A program made the position numbers and the translations under genes. A DNA stretch of 64,000 nucleotides from a virus (taxonomy: Duplodnaviria; Caudoviricetes): IMG/VR virus record IMGVR_UViG_3300019889_000013, positions 508 to 64,507 of that record. One strand, written 5' to 3'. This document shows positions 17,803 to 26,496 of this stretch, in pieces; positions within the stretch are counted from its first letter, which is position 1; each line of letters opens with the position of its first letter. Under the pieces are notes generated by a model, which saw only the letters and a list, made by a program, of their open reading frames with translations, had not been told where the DNA came from and ran no database searches.

Positions 17803-17807
17803 GTCGG

Positions 17808-18290
17808 TCACCACTGCTGGATCGCGATGGTGGCGACGGCGACGACGAGGCCAAGAACGACACCCGACCTGACCATCACCCGGTCGCGGCCATGCAGCAG
17901 CGCGTAGCTGAAATCGAGGGCGTTGACCTGCATCACGGCGGCGATGATGGCGATATAGCGCCCCAGCGCCCCGGCCGTGTAGTTCGGGCCGGTGAAGAGT
18001 TCCGTCGTCCGGGCTTGGATCGACACGCCGATCAGGACGAACAGGGCGACCCACGGCAGGAACAGGCCGAGAGAATAGCTGCGGATACGGTCATATTCGC
18101 CGCCGCGCCAGATCGCTTCCCAGATCAGCCGGTAATAGGCGGCGACGATGCCGACGGTCATCCCGGCGAACAAGCCGTTGAGGACACTCATCAACAGGTT
18201 GGGCTCGATGAAGACCTTCATGGCGACAAAAACGACAATGAGCCCCGCTGCGGTCAGCAACACCCGGTTAAGTGCTAGGCTTCTGTACAT
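17808..18290 (-). CDS. multi-pass membrane protein
   Basis: About 5 hydrophobic segments. Confidence 0.7.
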   Translation of the reverse strand: MYRSLALNRVLLTAAGLIVVFVAMKVFIEPNLLMSVLNGLFAGMTVGIVAAYYRLIWEAIWRGGEYDRIRSYSLGLFLPWVALFVLIGVSIQARTTELFTGPNYTAGALGRYIAIIAAVMQVNALDFSYALLHGRDRVMVRSGVVLGLVVAVATIAIQQW

Positions 18291-18462
18291 TGCGTCGTTC
18301 CCTCCGTGCCAGCCGGTCATTCTCCTGAATGAGGCGGCGGATGACATATTCCAGTCGGCTGCCTGCATTTTCCATGTCCAGCCTTGCCTGTACGACACTT
18401 TCGAGCATTTCCGCCCGCGTGCCGTCGTGCGGCTTGAACAGCATCCTTAAAAATTGCTTCAC
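18268..18462 (-). CDS. hypothetical protein
   Basis: 64-aa ORF between membrane genes. Confidence 0.6.
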   Translation of the reverse strand: MKQFLRMLFKPHDGTRAEMLESVVQARLDMENAGSRLEYVIRRLIQENDRLARRERRNVQKPST

Positions 18463-18465
18463 GGC

Positions 18466-18708
18466 TTACTTCTCCGATAATTCCCGTCGTGAGCGCAAGA
18501 GGTCGGTCAGCCGGTTGATGGCGTCGGTTGCCGCCTCCTGCGATTTGACGTTTTCTCGTGTCATGGCGATCAGCGTGTCGGTCAGTTCCTGCGAGCGGTT
18601 GTAGAAACGATAGGAGGCAAACCCCAGTCCGATGATCACTAGGCCGGGAAGGCCGAGAGCCAGCAACTGCTGGAACATGGGTTCGACAAAGCCGCTCGAT
18701 TCGTTCAT
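18466..18708 (-). CDS. single-TM holin-like protein
   Basis: LLALGLPGLVIIGLGF TM segment followed by a coiled-coil tail. Confidence 0.5.
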   Translation of the reverse strand: MNESSGFVEPMFQQLLALGLPGLVIIGLGFASYRFYNRSQELTDTLIAMTRENVKSQEAATDAINRLTDLLRSRRELSEK

Positions 18709-18709
18709 C

Positions 18710-19027
18710 TCAATGCTTGTGCCTCCCGGCGATCATCTGCTCCCGCAAGGCGGCGATCTGCTGGAAACTCTCGTTGGCGATGCGGGCGATCACCCCCATC
18801 GAGGTCATGACGTCCTCGGGCTCCTGCAACAGGTTGGCGACCACCCCGGCGTTGATCGCGCCCAGCGTGCCGAGAATGATGTTGCCGCGCTGGTGATCGT
18901 CCGGGTCCGGCAGGTCTTCGGGGTTGGGGCATTCCATGAGGATTTTCATCATCATGTCGTTGACGAACTTCGAGTGGGGCGTGCCATCCGGGTCTATCCC
19001 CGCCTTCAAGTGCATGTGCTTTTCCAT
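18710..19027 (-). CDS. hypothetical protein
   Basis: 105-aa ORF, GAGGT RBS. Confidence 0.65.
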   Translation of the reverse strand: MEKHMHLKAGIDPDGTPHSKFVNDMMMKILMECPNPEDLPDPDDHQRGNIILGTLGAINAGVVANLLQEPEDVMTSMGVIARIANESFQQIAALREQMIAGRHKH

Positions 19028-19045
19028 TTCACCTCTCCACTTCGG

Positions 19046-19405
19046 TCATCGCCTGCTGATCCTCGTCATCTTGTCGCAATACTCGCACTTGGTTCTCGAC
19101 CGTTCGGCGAGGCGTTTCATCTCGTCATCGTAGCGCTGGCGCGTCTCATGCCATTTCGTCTCCTCATGGGCGAGCCGCCGCAGGACAAACATCGGGTCGA
19201 GGCGGGTGCCGCATGCGCCGCATTCCACCTCAGTCTCGCCCTCGTTGGAGATCACATATGTGACGCAGCGCATGGTGCCGTCCTTCCACGTCCAGCGGTG
19301 GTCGCAGCCAGTGCCGCCGCCACGATGCACCACCTTGAGCAACTGCTCTTCCGGCTGCGGCGACTTGAACTTGATCGGCAGGGTGGTGACCTTGTCGTCG
19401 CTCAT
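19046..19405 (-). CDS. Zn-finger hypothetical protein
   Basis: CDH...VECGACG..L.PM.VL...RSRTKCEYC.KMTRI. Confidence 0.75.
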   Translation of the reverse strand: MSDDKVTTLPIKFKSPQPEEQLLKVVHRGGGTGCDHRWTWKDGTMRCVTYVISNEGETEVECGACGTRLDPMFVLRRLAHEETKWHETRQRYDDEMKRLAERSRTKCEYCDKMTRISRR

Positions 19406-19445
19406 GCCGTCATCCTCCCCGGCTTCCATGTCATGTCTTCCATTG

Positions 19446-19652
19446 TCATTCCTCGCGCGGATAAAGGTCGGGGCGAAGGTCGTGGCGGGAAACGCCGGTG
19501 ATCTTCTCGATTTTCAACACCCGTGTCGGCGGCACCAGTGTCCAGCGGTAGAAGGCGGTGTGCTTGATGCCCAGCCTGCGCGCCAGTTCGGAAAGGCCGC
19601 CGATACGCAAGGCGGCTTCATGCACGATGGCAGGTGGTCTTTGGTCGGACAT
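19446..19652 (-). CDS. Cro/YdaS-like HTH transcriptional regulator
   Basis: GGLSELARRLGI...FYRW..VP..RV..IE..TGVSRHDLRPDLY; motif copy at 19664-19674 just upstream. Confidence 0.85.
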   Translation of the reverse strand: MSDQRPPAIVHEAALRIGGLSELARRLGIKHTAFYRWTLVPPTRVLKIEKITGVSRHDLRPDLYPREE

Positions 19653-19787
19653 TCCCAGTACCTCTCGTAGTACACGGTTCCTACACCTGTAACCTGCGGC
19701 TACATAGATATCAAGAGCGGTACTTCAGATATTTGCCGACAACGATGGTGACGACGGCGGCGGCGACGACCCAGATCGCGAGGGTGC

Positions 19788-20054
19788 TCACCGCAGCACC
19801 GTGCCAAGGCCGCGCGGGCGTGCCGCGCCTGCCAGCGGCTTGCCCAGCGACACCGCCGATTGTGCCTGCATGGCGGCGGCGCGATTGATCTGTCCGGCCA
19901 AGGCTTGGCTCGCGGCAGGCGATGCGTTGGTGGGAAGGCCTGCCGCCTTCAGTTGCGGGCCTGCCGGGGCACGTAATGGAGCGCCGGGAGCGGGAACTGT
20001 GCCGCTTTGCACCGGGACGGAGCCCGGTATGATGTTTCCGAGTGCATCACGCAT
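19788..20054 (-). CDS. Ala/Pro-rich hypothetical protein
   Basis: 88-aa ORF coupled to the upstream gene. Confidence 0.5.
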   Translation of the reverse strand: MRDALGNIIPGSVPVQSGTVPAPGAPLRAPAGPQLKAAGLPTNASPAASQALAGQINRAAAMQAQSAVSLGKPLAGAARPRGLGTVLR

Positions 20055-20055
20055 G

Positions 20056-20214
20056 TCACTTGCCCTTCTTCATCGCCTTGCCAAAGCCCTTGTGCTGGTC
20101 GGCGGCCACGTATTCCCGCGCCACTTCGCGCGGGATGTCCATCTTCTTGGCGAACTTCGGGTTGTGCGCGGCAGCGCGCATCGTCCGTTTTTGTTTTTGA
20201 GATTTTGACGGCAT
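20056..20214 (-). CDS. small basic conserved phage protein
   Basis: MPSKSQKQKRTMRAAAHNPKFAKK..IP..VA.EY..AD; AAAGGAG RBS. Confidence 0.75.
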   Translation of the reverse strand: MPSKSQKQKRTMRAAAHNPKFAKKMDIPREVAREYVAADQHKGFGKAMKKGK

Positions 20215-20254
20215 GGGGTTCTCTCCTTTCGCCTCTTGTACTATAAAAATTAGC

Positions 20255-20716
20255 ATGGGTGAAGCACGGCAACTCGACATCTTCAAAACCAAGCGGCAGC
20301 GCGGGATAAAACCGCGTGGCCCGAGTGAATTTGAAATCCACTGCTGCGTCACCGATTATCTGCGCGCGGGCCTCGCTCCGGGATGGACGTGGTTCCATGT
20401 GCCAAATGGCGGCGAGCGTCCGGCCTTCATCAACAGTAAAGGCAGGCGGGTGTCGCCGGAAGGCGGCAGGCTGAAGCGCATGGGCGTCAAGGATGGTGTT
20501 TCCGACATCCTCTTGGTAAAGGCCCCGGCGGCGCAGTTGCATGCGCTCGAACTGAAACGTGGCGGCGAGGAGCCGACCGACGAGCAATATAATTTCATGA
20601 ATGAGGTCATCGCGCTCGGCGGCGTTGCAACATGGGCCGACAGCGTCGAGGCGGCGTTCCGGATTTTGACCGACTGGGGAGCTATTTCGACTCGCATTCA
20701 CTTGCAAGGCGGCTAA
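20255..20716 (+). CDS. VRR-NUC domain nuclease
   Basis: WFHVPNGG.R...G.RLKRMGV..GVSD...LELKR.G..PT.EQ. Confidence 0.85.
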   Translation: MGEARQLDIFKTKRQRGIKPRGPSEFEIHCCVTDYLRAGLAPGWTWFHVPNGGERPAFINSKGRRVSPEGGRLKRMGVKDGVSDILLVKAPAAQLHALELKRGGEEPTDEQYNFMNEVIALGGVATWADSVEAAFRILTDWGAISTRIHLQGG

Positions 20717-20869
20717 AGATAAGACCCGAAGCGCGGGAACGCTTCGGGCCAATCCATCCCTCGAACCTGTGCCCAGTCATAACCCGCAAAGATCATAGAA
20801 AGCAGCCCAGATGCCCAGTCAACATATCGTATTTCCCCCGAGATTCAATACTACAAAGGGTGGTGCGGT

Positions 20870-21100
20870 GTGACTGATGGCCCCAAAATGGCTGATCCTG
20901 CCAAGGTGGCGCGAGCGTTGGCCATCGCCCGGATCATGCTGATCGCCCATGAAAATGCCATCACCGTCGAATGGGCCGAAGACGTCGAGGATGACGAGGT
21001 GGTGGCGTGGCTGGCGACCGCCCCCAGAGAGTATGAATGGCCTGAATATTTCTTGCGCGCGACCGTCGAGTTCCGCAAAGAGCGCGGGGATTTGTCATGA
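20870..21100 (+). CDS. hypothetical protein
   Basis: 76-aa ORF with ATGA coupling to the helicase. Confidence 0.6.
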   Translation: MTDGPKMADPAKVARALAIARIMLIAHENAITVEWAEDVEDDEVVAWLATAPREYEWPEYFLRATVEFRKERGDLS

Positions 21101-22431
21101 GCGACATTCCCAAGGACGACGACGCGCTCATCGAGGAGTTCTTTAGCGAGCACAAGATCAACGAGCGCATACGCAAGGATGCCGGGTTTGAAGAGGAACA
21201 GTCGTTTTTTGCCCATGACGGGCCGAATGGTTACCATTGGACAGCGCAAGAGGCGGCGACATTCGACATACGCTGGCCCGAACCGGAGATGCCGGAATGG
21301 GAGTTTGATCCCAAGCCCAACGGCCACGCAAATTTGCATGGTAATGGGCAGGAAGCTCCGCCGTTGGAGCCTTTGCCTACAGTGTTGGTGTCATCTTGGC
21401 ATGGTTTAGCGCGTCCGGTGCGCGAATGGCTGGATGGCCGCAACCTGTTCCGCGTCGGTTATGTCTCCATTCTCACCGGCCCCGGCGCAGTCGGCAAGAC
21501 ACTGGTGGCGTTGCAGGCATCGGTTGCCTGTGCCGCTTCCATGCCGTGGCTGTCGGCACCGATCAGGGCTGGCCCGGTGATCTTCTATTCGGCGGAAGAA
21601 CCACTGGAGGAAATGCACATCCGCTGCGACGAGATATGTGAGGCTGAAGGCATGCATCTCGACCGGCTGGACAATTTCCACATCATCGATCTCAACAAGA
21701 TAATCAATGCCGCCTTGATCACTCAGAGTGACGACAAGAAGGCCGTGGTGGCGCTGACCGACCTGTTCCACCGCCTCGACATGACCATCGGGTTAATCAA
21801 GCCGATCTGTGTCTGGCTCGACAACCGCTCGCTGCTGGTCACCGGCGACGAAAACAACCGCAATCTTGCTGCCTTCTCGATGCGCCATTTGCAATTGCTG
21901 GCGGAAAAACACAACTGCGCCATCATCATGCTTGCCCACCCATCCAATGCCGGGGTGAACGAAGGCACCGGCGCTTCAGGCTCGACGGCGTGGTTCAATA
22001 TGGCGCGCTCGGTGGTCTACATGACCAAGCCAAGAGCGGAAAAGGATAGTGATCCGGTCGATCCCGATGCCCGCATTCTGACCAACAACAAGCCTAACTA
22101 CTCCAAGCCGGACAAGCAGGTGAACATCAAATGGCAGTTCTACCGCTTCATCTGCACCGATGCGCCGATCCGGGCCGACGACGGCATCGGCAGGCAGGAC
22201 AAGGTGGAAGGCGTCGTGCTGCGCCTGCTCAAATGGCACGCGGATCGCAACATGAAGGTGACGCGGGCGAGCGCCGCCAAAACCTTCGACAAGATGCCCA
22301 AGGACCAGCGCGAGGGGTTTAATATGCCGTGGTTCGAGAAGGGGATTCTGGGGCTCCTTGACCGGCAAAAAATCCGGGTGGTGAGTGGGCGGAAAAGCGG
22401 CCATATGGTCGAGATTTTAGAGATGGTTTAG
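21097..22431 (+). CDS. AAA_25/RepA-type replicative helicase-like ATPase
   Basis: Walker A GPGAVGKT, SAEE, VWLDN, DEN, LAHPS..G......SGSTAW.N..RS. Confidence 0.85.
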   Translation: MSDIPKDDDALIEEFFSEHKINERIRKDAGFEEEQSFFAHDGPNGYHWTAQEAATFDIRWPEPEMPEWEFDPKPNGHANLHGNGQEAPPLEPLPTVLVSSWHGLARPVREWLDGRNLFRVGYVSILTGPGAVGKTLVALQASVACAASMPWLSAPIRAGPVIFYSAEEPLEEMHIRCDEICEAEGMHLDRLDNFHIIDLNKIINAALITQSDDKKAVVALTDLFHRLDMTIGLIKPICVWLDNRSLLVTGDENNRNLAAFSMRHLQLLAEKHNCAIIMLAHPSNAGVNEGTGASGSTAWFNMARSVVYMTKPRAEKDSDPVDPDARILTNNKPNYSKPDKQVNIKWQFYRFICTDAPIRADDGIGRQDKVEGVVLRLLKWHADRNMKVTRASAAKTFDKMPKDQREGFNMPWFEKGILGLLDRQKIRVVSGRKSGHMVEILEMV

Positions 22432-22619
22432 GTGTAGCGCGCGCACACGTTTTGGGGTGTAGCGCATGAATGGCAAATGTTAAAGAATTACAGTATGTTA
22501 GAAGCTGCGCGCGCGCATGGCATATCCTAACGGATATAAACCCCACCGGGGTTTTGATGTCCCGATGGGGTTTCCGGGGGTGGTCGTGGGCGCATAACCG
22601 GAAAGGGAGTTTAAACACC

Positions 22620-22862
22620 ATGAACCTGATCAAGATCGCCACCACCAAAGCAGGGGAAATTATCATCAATCTCGATCACGTCAGATGTATCGAGCCTGTG
22701 GAATGGGACGATGAGTGGAAATGGTTCCAGTTCACCTTCACAGATGGTTCGACCCGGCGGTTTGATTTCGAACTGTATTTCGAAGCTTTCTCGATACTCC
22801 CCGGCTTGTCGCTCAGTTATGATCGCGACATCTGGCATGAACGTGAGGCTGCGAAGGAGTGA
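22620..22862 (+). CDS. hypothetical protein
   Basis: MNLIKI...IINLDHVRCIE; GGGAG RBS. Confidence 0.6.
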   Translation: MNLIKIATTKAGEIIINLDHVRCIEPVEWDDEWKWFQFTFTDGSTRRFDFELYFEAFSILPGLSLSYDRDIWHEREAAKE

Positions 22863-22962
22863 AGTTATCCGCTCTCCCACCCCTTGGTCTTCCCAAGAAA
22901 TTTGTGGTACGCATCACGTCGCAAGGATTTTACCAACCAACCGGGAGAAACGGGGGAACGAT

Positions 22963-23292
22963 ATGCCAGATGAACGCTGGTCCAGTAGACGATCTCACCA
23001 CCAACTGCACGAAGCACTTGAGCATCAGCACGAACTGCTTCATCAAATCAAAGAAGGAATTTTGATCATGACCGCTGCCCTAGATCGCATTAAGCAGGAA
23101 GTTTTCGAAACCAAGACGGCTGTTGCTTCCATCCTCACACTCGTTGCCGGTCTTGCAACGCAGATTCGCGAAAACGCCGAAGACCCTGTTGCCCTTAACG
23201 CCTTGGCTGACTCCCTTGATGCAGACCAGCAGGAGATTGCCGCTGCCATCACGGCCAACACACCTGCACCGCCGGTCGAATCCGGGCAGTAA
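22963..23292 (+). CDS. coiled-coil protein
   Basis: LDRIKQEV.E.KT.V.S...L..GLA......DP.AL..LA..LD.....AAAITANTPA. Confidence 0.65.
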   Translation: MPDERWSSRRSHHQLHEALEHQHELLHQIKEGILIMTAALDRIKQEVFETKTAVASILTLVAGLATQIRENAEDPVALNALADSLDADQQEIAAAITANTPAPPVESGQ

Positions 23293-23723
23293 TGGGCGTT
23301 CTCAAAAACCCCAAGCATGAAGCGTTCTGTCAGGCCCGTGCGCTTGGCAGGACGCTGGAGGAGGCCTACGCCGATGCAGGCTACAAGCCGTCAAGGCAGC
23401 ATGCGCAGCGTCTGGCGACAAAGGGCTACATCAAGGATCGGCTGAAAGAATTGCAAAACCATGTGGTCGAAAAGTTCGAGATCACGGTCGAACTGATCAC
23501 CAAGATGCTCAAGGAGGATCGTGCCTTCGCCCGCAAGTGCAAGGTGCCATCCGCTGCGGTGCAGGCGACGATGGGCCTCGCCAAGGTCGCAGGATTGCTG
23601 GTCGAGCATGCCACCCTGCAAGTTAGCCATAGCTATTCTTCGATGACCCTTGATGAAATCCGATTCGAGCTTGCGGCCCTCAATGCCGAAGCGCGGTCAC
23701 TCAAGCCGGGAGTGCAGCATTGA
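23292..23723 (+). CDS. terS: terminase small subunit
   Basis: LKNPKHE.FCQ...G....AY..AGY.P....A.RL.....I..R..EL HTH N-terminus; upstream of terL. Confidence 0.8.
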   Translation: MGVLKNPKHEAFCQARALGRTLEEAYADAGYKPSRQHAQRLATKGYIKDRLKELQNHVVEKFEITVELITKMLKEDRAFARKCKVPSAAVQATMGLAKVAGLLVEHATLQVSHSYSSMTLDEIRFELAALNAEARSLKPGVQH

Positions 23724-23989
23724 TCCCCGCCGGACCCATCTCGCAGGTTGACGACTTCGAGCCCCAGCCCAGTGACATGGTGCTGTACATCCGCGACGGC
23801 CATCCGATCATCCATGCCCCGGAGAACGACGGCGGCGTGGTGCCGGACGATTTTCTCATCCTGCTCGGCGTTGCCGCAAGCTGGCACAATCCCGACTTCA
23901 GGGCCAAGATACTGGGGCTGATCAACAAGCTGGCCGAAGAGGGCAACTTGCGCGACCTGATGGGCCGCTCCGATGAACGACCCCACTAA
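23720..23989 (+). CDS. hypothetical protein
   Basis: ORF between terS and terL. Confidence 0.55.
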   Translation: MIPAGPISQVDDFEPQPSDMVLYIRDGHPIIHAPENDGGVVPDDFLILLGVAASWHNPDFRAKILGLINKLAEEGNLRDLMGRSDERPH

Positions 23990-24194
23990 AGCCACATGTG
24001 CGGCTTGCGGCGGTGACCAGTACCTGCGCTATTCGATGTGGCATGGCGATGATCCGATCTGCAAACCGTGTTTCCTGATCTGGTACGATTGCCCGATAGA
24101 CCTCGACGTTACCGACCCGGAAGCAGTCGGAGCCGAATCCAGACGGCGCAAGGAGGCTGGTGAGTGGCCTTGGAACGATGAACGCTTTACTTGA
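23973..24194 (+). CDS. Zn-ribbon hypothetical protein
   Basis: CAAC...ICKPC. Confidence 0.6.
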   Translation: MNDPTKATCAACGGDQYLRYSMWHGDDPICKPCFLIWYDCPIDLDVTDPEAVGAESRRRKEAGEWPWNDERFT

Positions 24195-24978
24195 TGACAT
24201 CCTGCCGCCCGAGATCATCGCGCGGCTGCCACTCCAGAGCCAGCAGCACTACGCAGCACTGACCGCCACCCTGATCGAGCGGCTGAAGCAGCGTATGTTC
24301 TTCGACCTGTTCCCGGACAAGGACACGCTCGACCGCGACGGCAGCGTGCTGATCTACCGGCGCGAACTCTATCCACGGCATCTGGAGTTCTTCGAGGCGG
24401 GCTTGACCTACCGCGAGCGCTGCTTCCTCGCCGCCAACCGCGTCGGCAAGACCACCTGCGGCGCGTATGAAACCACCTGCCACCTGACCGGGCTCTATCC
24501 GAACTGGTGGACCGGCAAGCGTTTCACCATGCCAATCCGGGCATGGGCCTGCGGCAAGCGCAACGAAACCACCCGTGACATCGTGCAGGCGGCGCTGCTC
24601 GGCCCCATTGCTTACGATGGCGTGCGCAAAATACTTCAGGGAACTGGCATGGTGCCCGGAAATCTACTTGGCCGGGTCACATGGAAACGCGGCGTTGAAG
24701 ACTTGGTCGACACCGTCAAAGTACAACATTCGTCTGGCGGCTGGTCGACACTCAGCATGAAGTCATACGAGCAGGGGCGCGGCTCGTTCGAAGGTACATC
24801 GCAGCATGTGATCTGGCTCGATGAAGAATGTCCGATGGACGTCTACGGCGAGTGCCTGATCCGGCTGATGACGACGCAGGGCATCCTATTGATTACGTTC
24901 ACGCCGCTTGAAGGCATGAGCGAAACTGTACTACAATTCCAGCTTCTGACCGACAAGGCGATACTGGGACACATGTGA
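24178..24978 (+). CDS. terL: terminase large subunit, N-terminal ATPase part (P22 gp2-like)
   Basis: RERCFLAANRVGKT (Walker A), HLTG.YP.WW.G.RF, KSYEQGR..FEG, IWLDEE (Walker B), TFTPLEG (coupling motif); stops before the lid and nuclease. Confidence 0.9.
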   Translation: MNALLDDILPPEIIARLPLQSQQHYAALTATLIERLKQRMFFDLFPDKDTLDRDGSVLIYRRELYPRHLEFFEAGLTYRERCFLAANRVGKTTCGAYETTCHLTGLYPNWWTGKRFTMPIRAWACGKRNETTRDIVQAALLGPIAYDGVRKILQGTGMVPGNLLGRVTWKRGVEDLVDTVKVQHSSGGWSTLSMKSYEQGRGSFEGTSQHVIWLDEECPMDVYGECLIRLMTTQGILLITFTPLEGMSETVLQFQLLTDKAILGHM

Positions 24979-24979
24979 T

Positions 24980-25198
24980 ATGCGACACCACAACTGGGAC
25001 GAGTTCCGTTCGCTGCTGATGCGCGAGGCCACCAGCCACGACATCGCCTCGCGCACGGTCCTCGCCGACCGGCTCGGCGTCGGCTACCGGCGGCTGTTCG
25101 AATGGCTGTACCGGGGCGTGTTGCCCAACCGCAAGAACCTGACGATGCTGGCAGAAAAGACCGGCAACGAGCGCTATCTCAAGCTGCGCGATTTTTAA
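24980..25198 (+). CDS. XRE/Cro-type HTH protein
   Basis: SRTVLADRLGVGYRRLFEWLYRGVLP....L..LA. Confidence 0.7.
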   Translation: MRHHNWDEFRSLLMREATSHDIASRTVLADRLGVGYRRLFEWLYRGVLPNRKNLTMLAEKTGNERYLKLRDF

Positions 25199-25210
25199 GG
25201 GGAGAACAGC

Positions 25211-25507
25211 ATGACCGAAGAGTATTACGAGTTCCTGCTCGCCAACGGCTACGCGCTGGTGCGCCAGATCGGCGTCACCCACTGGGCGGCGATCTACCGC
25301 TTCGGCTTCACTCACGCCATCATCCTTGGCGAGATCGGCGACCGCGCAGGCTATGCCGACCGCTGGTGCTACCACACGGTGAACGATGCGGCGCGGGCGC
25401 TGTTGGCATGGGACGGCAAGGGCGAGCCCGAAGGCTGGCACCGGCATCCGCCATCCGGCAGGCGTCGGCCCGAAGGCCTCGCGGAACTGGAGTACATCCT
25501 GCCGTGA
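25211..25507 (+). CDS. conserved phage hypothetical protein
   Basis: F.FT.AII.G....GY.DRWCY.....A..AL.AWDG.GEP.GWHRHP.SGRRR. Confidence 0.75.
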   Translation: MTEEYYEFLLANGYALVRQIGVTHWAAIYRFGFTHAIILGEIGDRAGYADRWCYHTVNDAARALLAWDGKGEPEGWHRHPPSGRRRPEGLAELEYILP

Positions 25508-25536
25508 CCGACGAGCCCTCAAACCGGGTTCCGCCG

Positions 25537-25722
25537 ATGAAACACACCAACATCAACGTCCCGTCGTGGCAGATGACCGCGCTGATCGAGGCGACCGCCG
25601 ACATGCAGCGCCACATCCATGCGGTGGAAAACCACGTCTGGTATCTGACCCTGTACGCGAAGGCCTCGACCGTCGCGGTGGTGCTTTTGGCTGTCATGGT
25701 GGCGGTGGCGGTTCTGGTGTAG
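25537..25722 (+). CDS. small membrane protein
   Basis: C-terminal hydrophobic segment. Confidence 0.5.
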   Translation: MKHTNINVPSWQMTALIEATADMQRHIHAVENHVWYLTLYAKASTVAVVLLAVMVAVAVLV

Positions 25723-25759
25723 ATTGCCCGCACCCCTAACCCGAGAGGAAGCTTCGAAG

Positions 25760-26113
25760 ATGTCCGACGAAACCGACCAGCAGCGCTACGAGCGCACCAA
25801 CCTGTCCTCCGTCAGAATGACCGACGACGAGTCGAAGGCGGTGCAGAAGACGCCGAACCGCATCGACCTCGATGACATCCTCGCCAAGATCGAGTTCGAG
25901 GACTACATCGCCCCGGAGCGCCACCCGCACATGACCCTTTGTGTCGTCACGCTGGACAACGGCTACATCATCATCGGCAAGTCGACACCGGCCGACCCGC
26001 TCAACTTCGATGAGCAACTCGGGCGCAAGTTCGCCAAGGAGGATGCCATCCGCCAGATATGGCCGCTCGAAGCCTACCTGTTGCGCGAGCGCATGAGCGG
26101 CATGGGCGAGTGA
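25760..26113 (+). CDS. Gp49/Sf6 gp66-family protein
   Basis: RI....I.AKI....Y....MTLCV..L.NG..I.G.S..ADP.NFD...G.K.A...A..QIWPLE.YLL. Confidence 0.85.
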   Translation: MSDETDQQRYERTNLSSVRMTDDESKAVQKTPNRIDLDDILAKIEFEDYIAPERHPHMTLCVVTLDNGYIIIGKSTPADPLNFDEQLGRKFAKEDAIRQIWPLEAYLLRERMSGMGE

Positions 26114-26154
26114 ACGAATCAGGACCGAATCAGCAACGCACAAGGGAACAGACC

Positions 26155-26379
26155 ATGACCGAATCAGCACCCGAGAAGACCACCGATGAACTCAAGGCTG
26201 AACTGGCGAAACTCTTGGAGAGGGCCTCGAAGCAAACGGCCACCCCGGAGGGCGCATCCGGCGCATTCGGCATGCCCAACCTGTGGGGGCTCGTCGCCGC
26301 CCACCTGATCACGGCCATCGAGCAGATCGTGCGGGAAGCGTTCCAGCGCTATCAGGCGGAGCAGAAGCAGCAGAAGTGA
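26155..26379 (+). CDS. hypothetical protein
   Basis: 74-aa ORF, AGGGA RBS. Confidence 0.6.
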   Translation: MTESAPEKTTDELKAELAKLLERASKQTATPEGASGAFGMPNLWGLVAAHLITAIEQIVREAFQRYQAEQKQQK

Positions 26380-26380
26380 C

Positions 26381-26424
26381 AAAAAACCCCACGGCGCAGG
26401 GGTGGTGCGTTTTATCCGTGGGGG
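26381..26424 (-). terminator. rho-independent terminator on the minus strand
   Basis: ccccacgg/ccgtgggg stem with an A6 run on the left (U6 on the minus strand). Confidence 0.6.
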
Positions 26425-26496
26425 AGGAGAAGCGTCAACATTCGGACCACCAAGCTACTGGAGGACCGCGCTGACCATAGCGCAGAGGAGACAGCC

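Noticed and set aside
18710-19027. Possible paralogy with nested ORF 54982-55170 (S..V...ME...ED.P...R.N)
   Set aside because: Needs several gaps and has few identities; cannot be distinguished from chance by eye.
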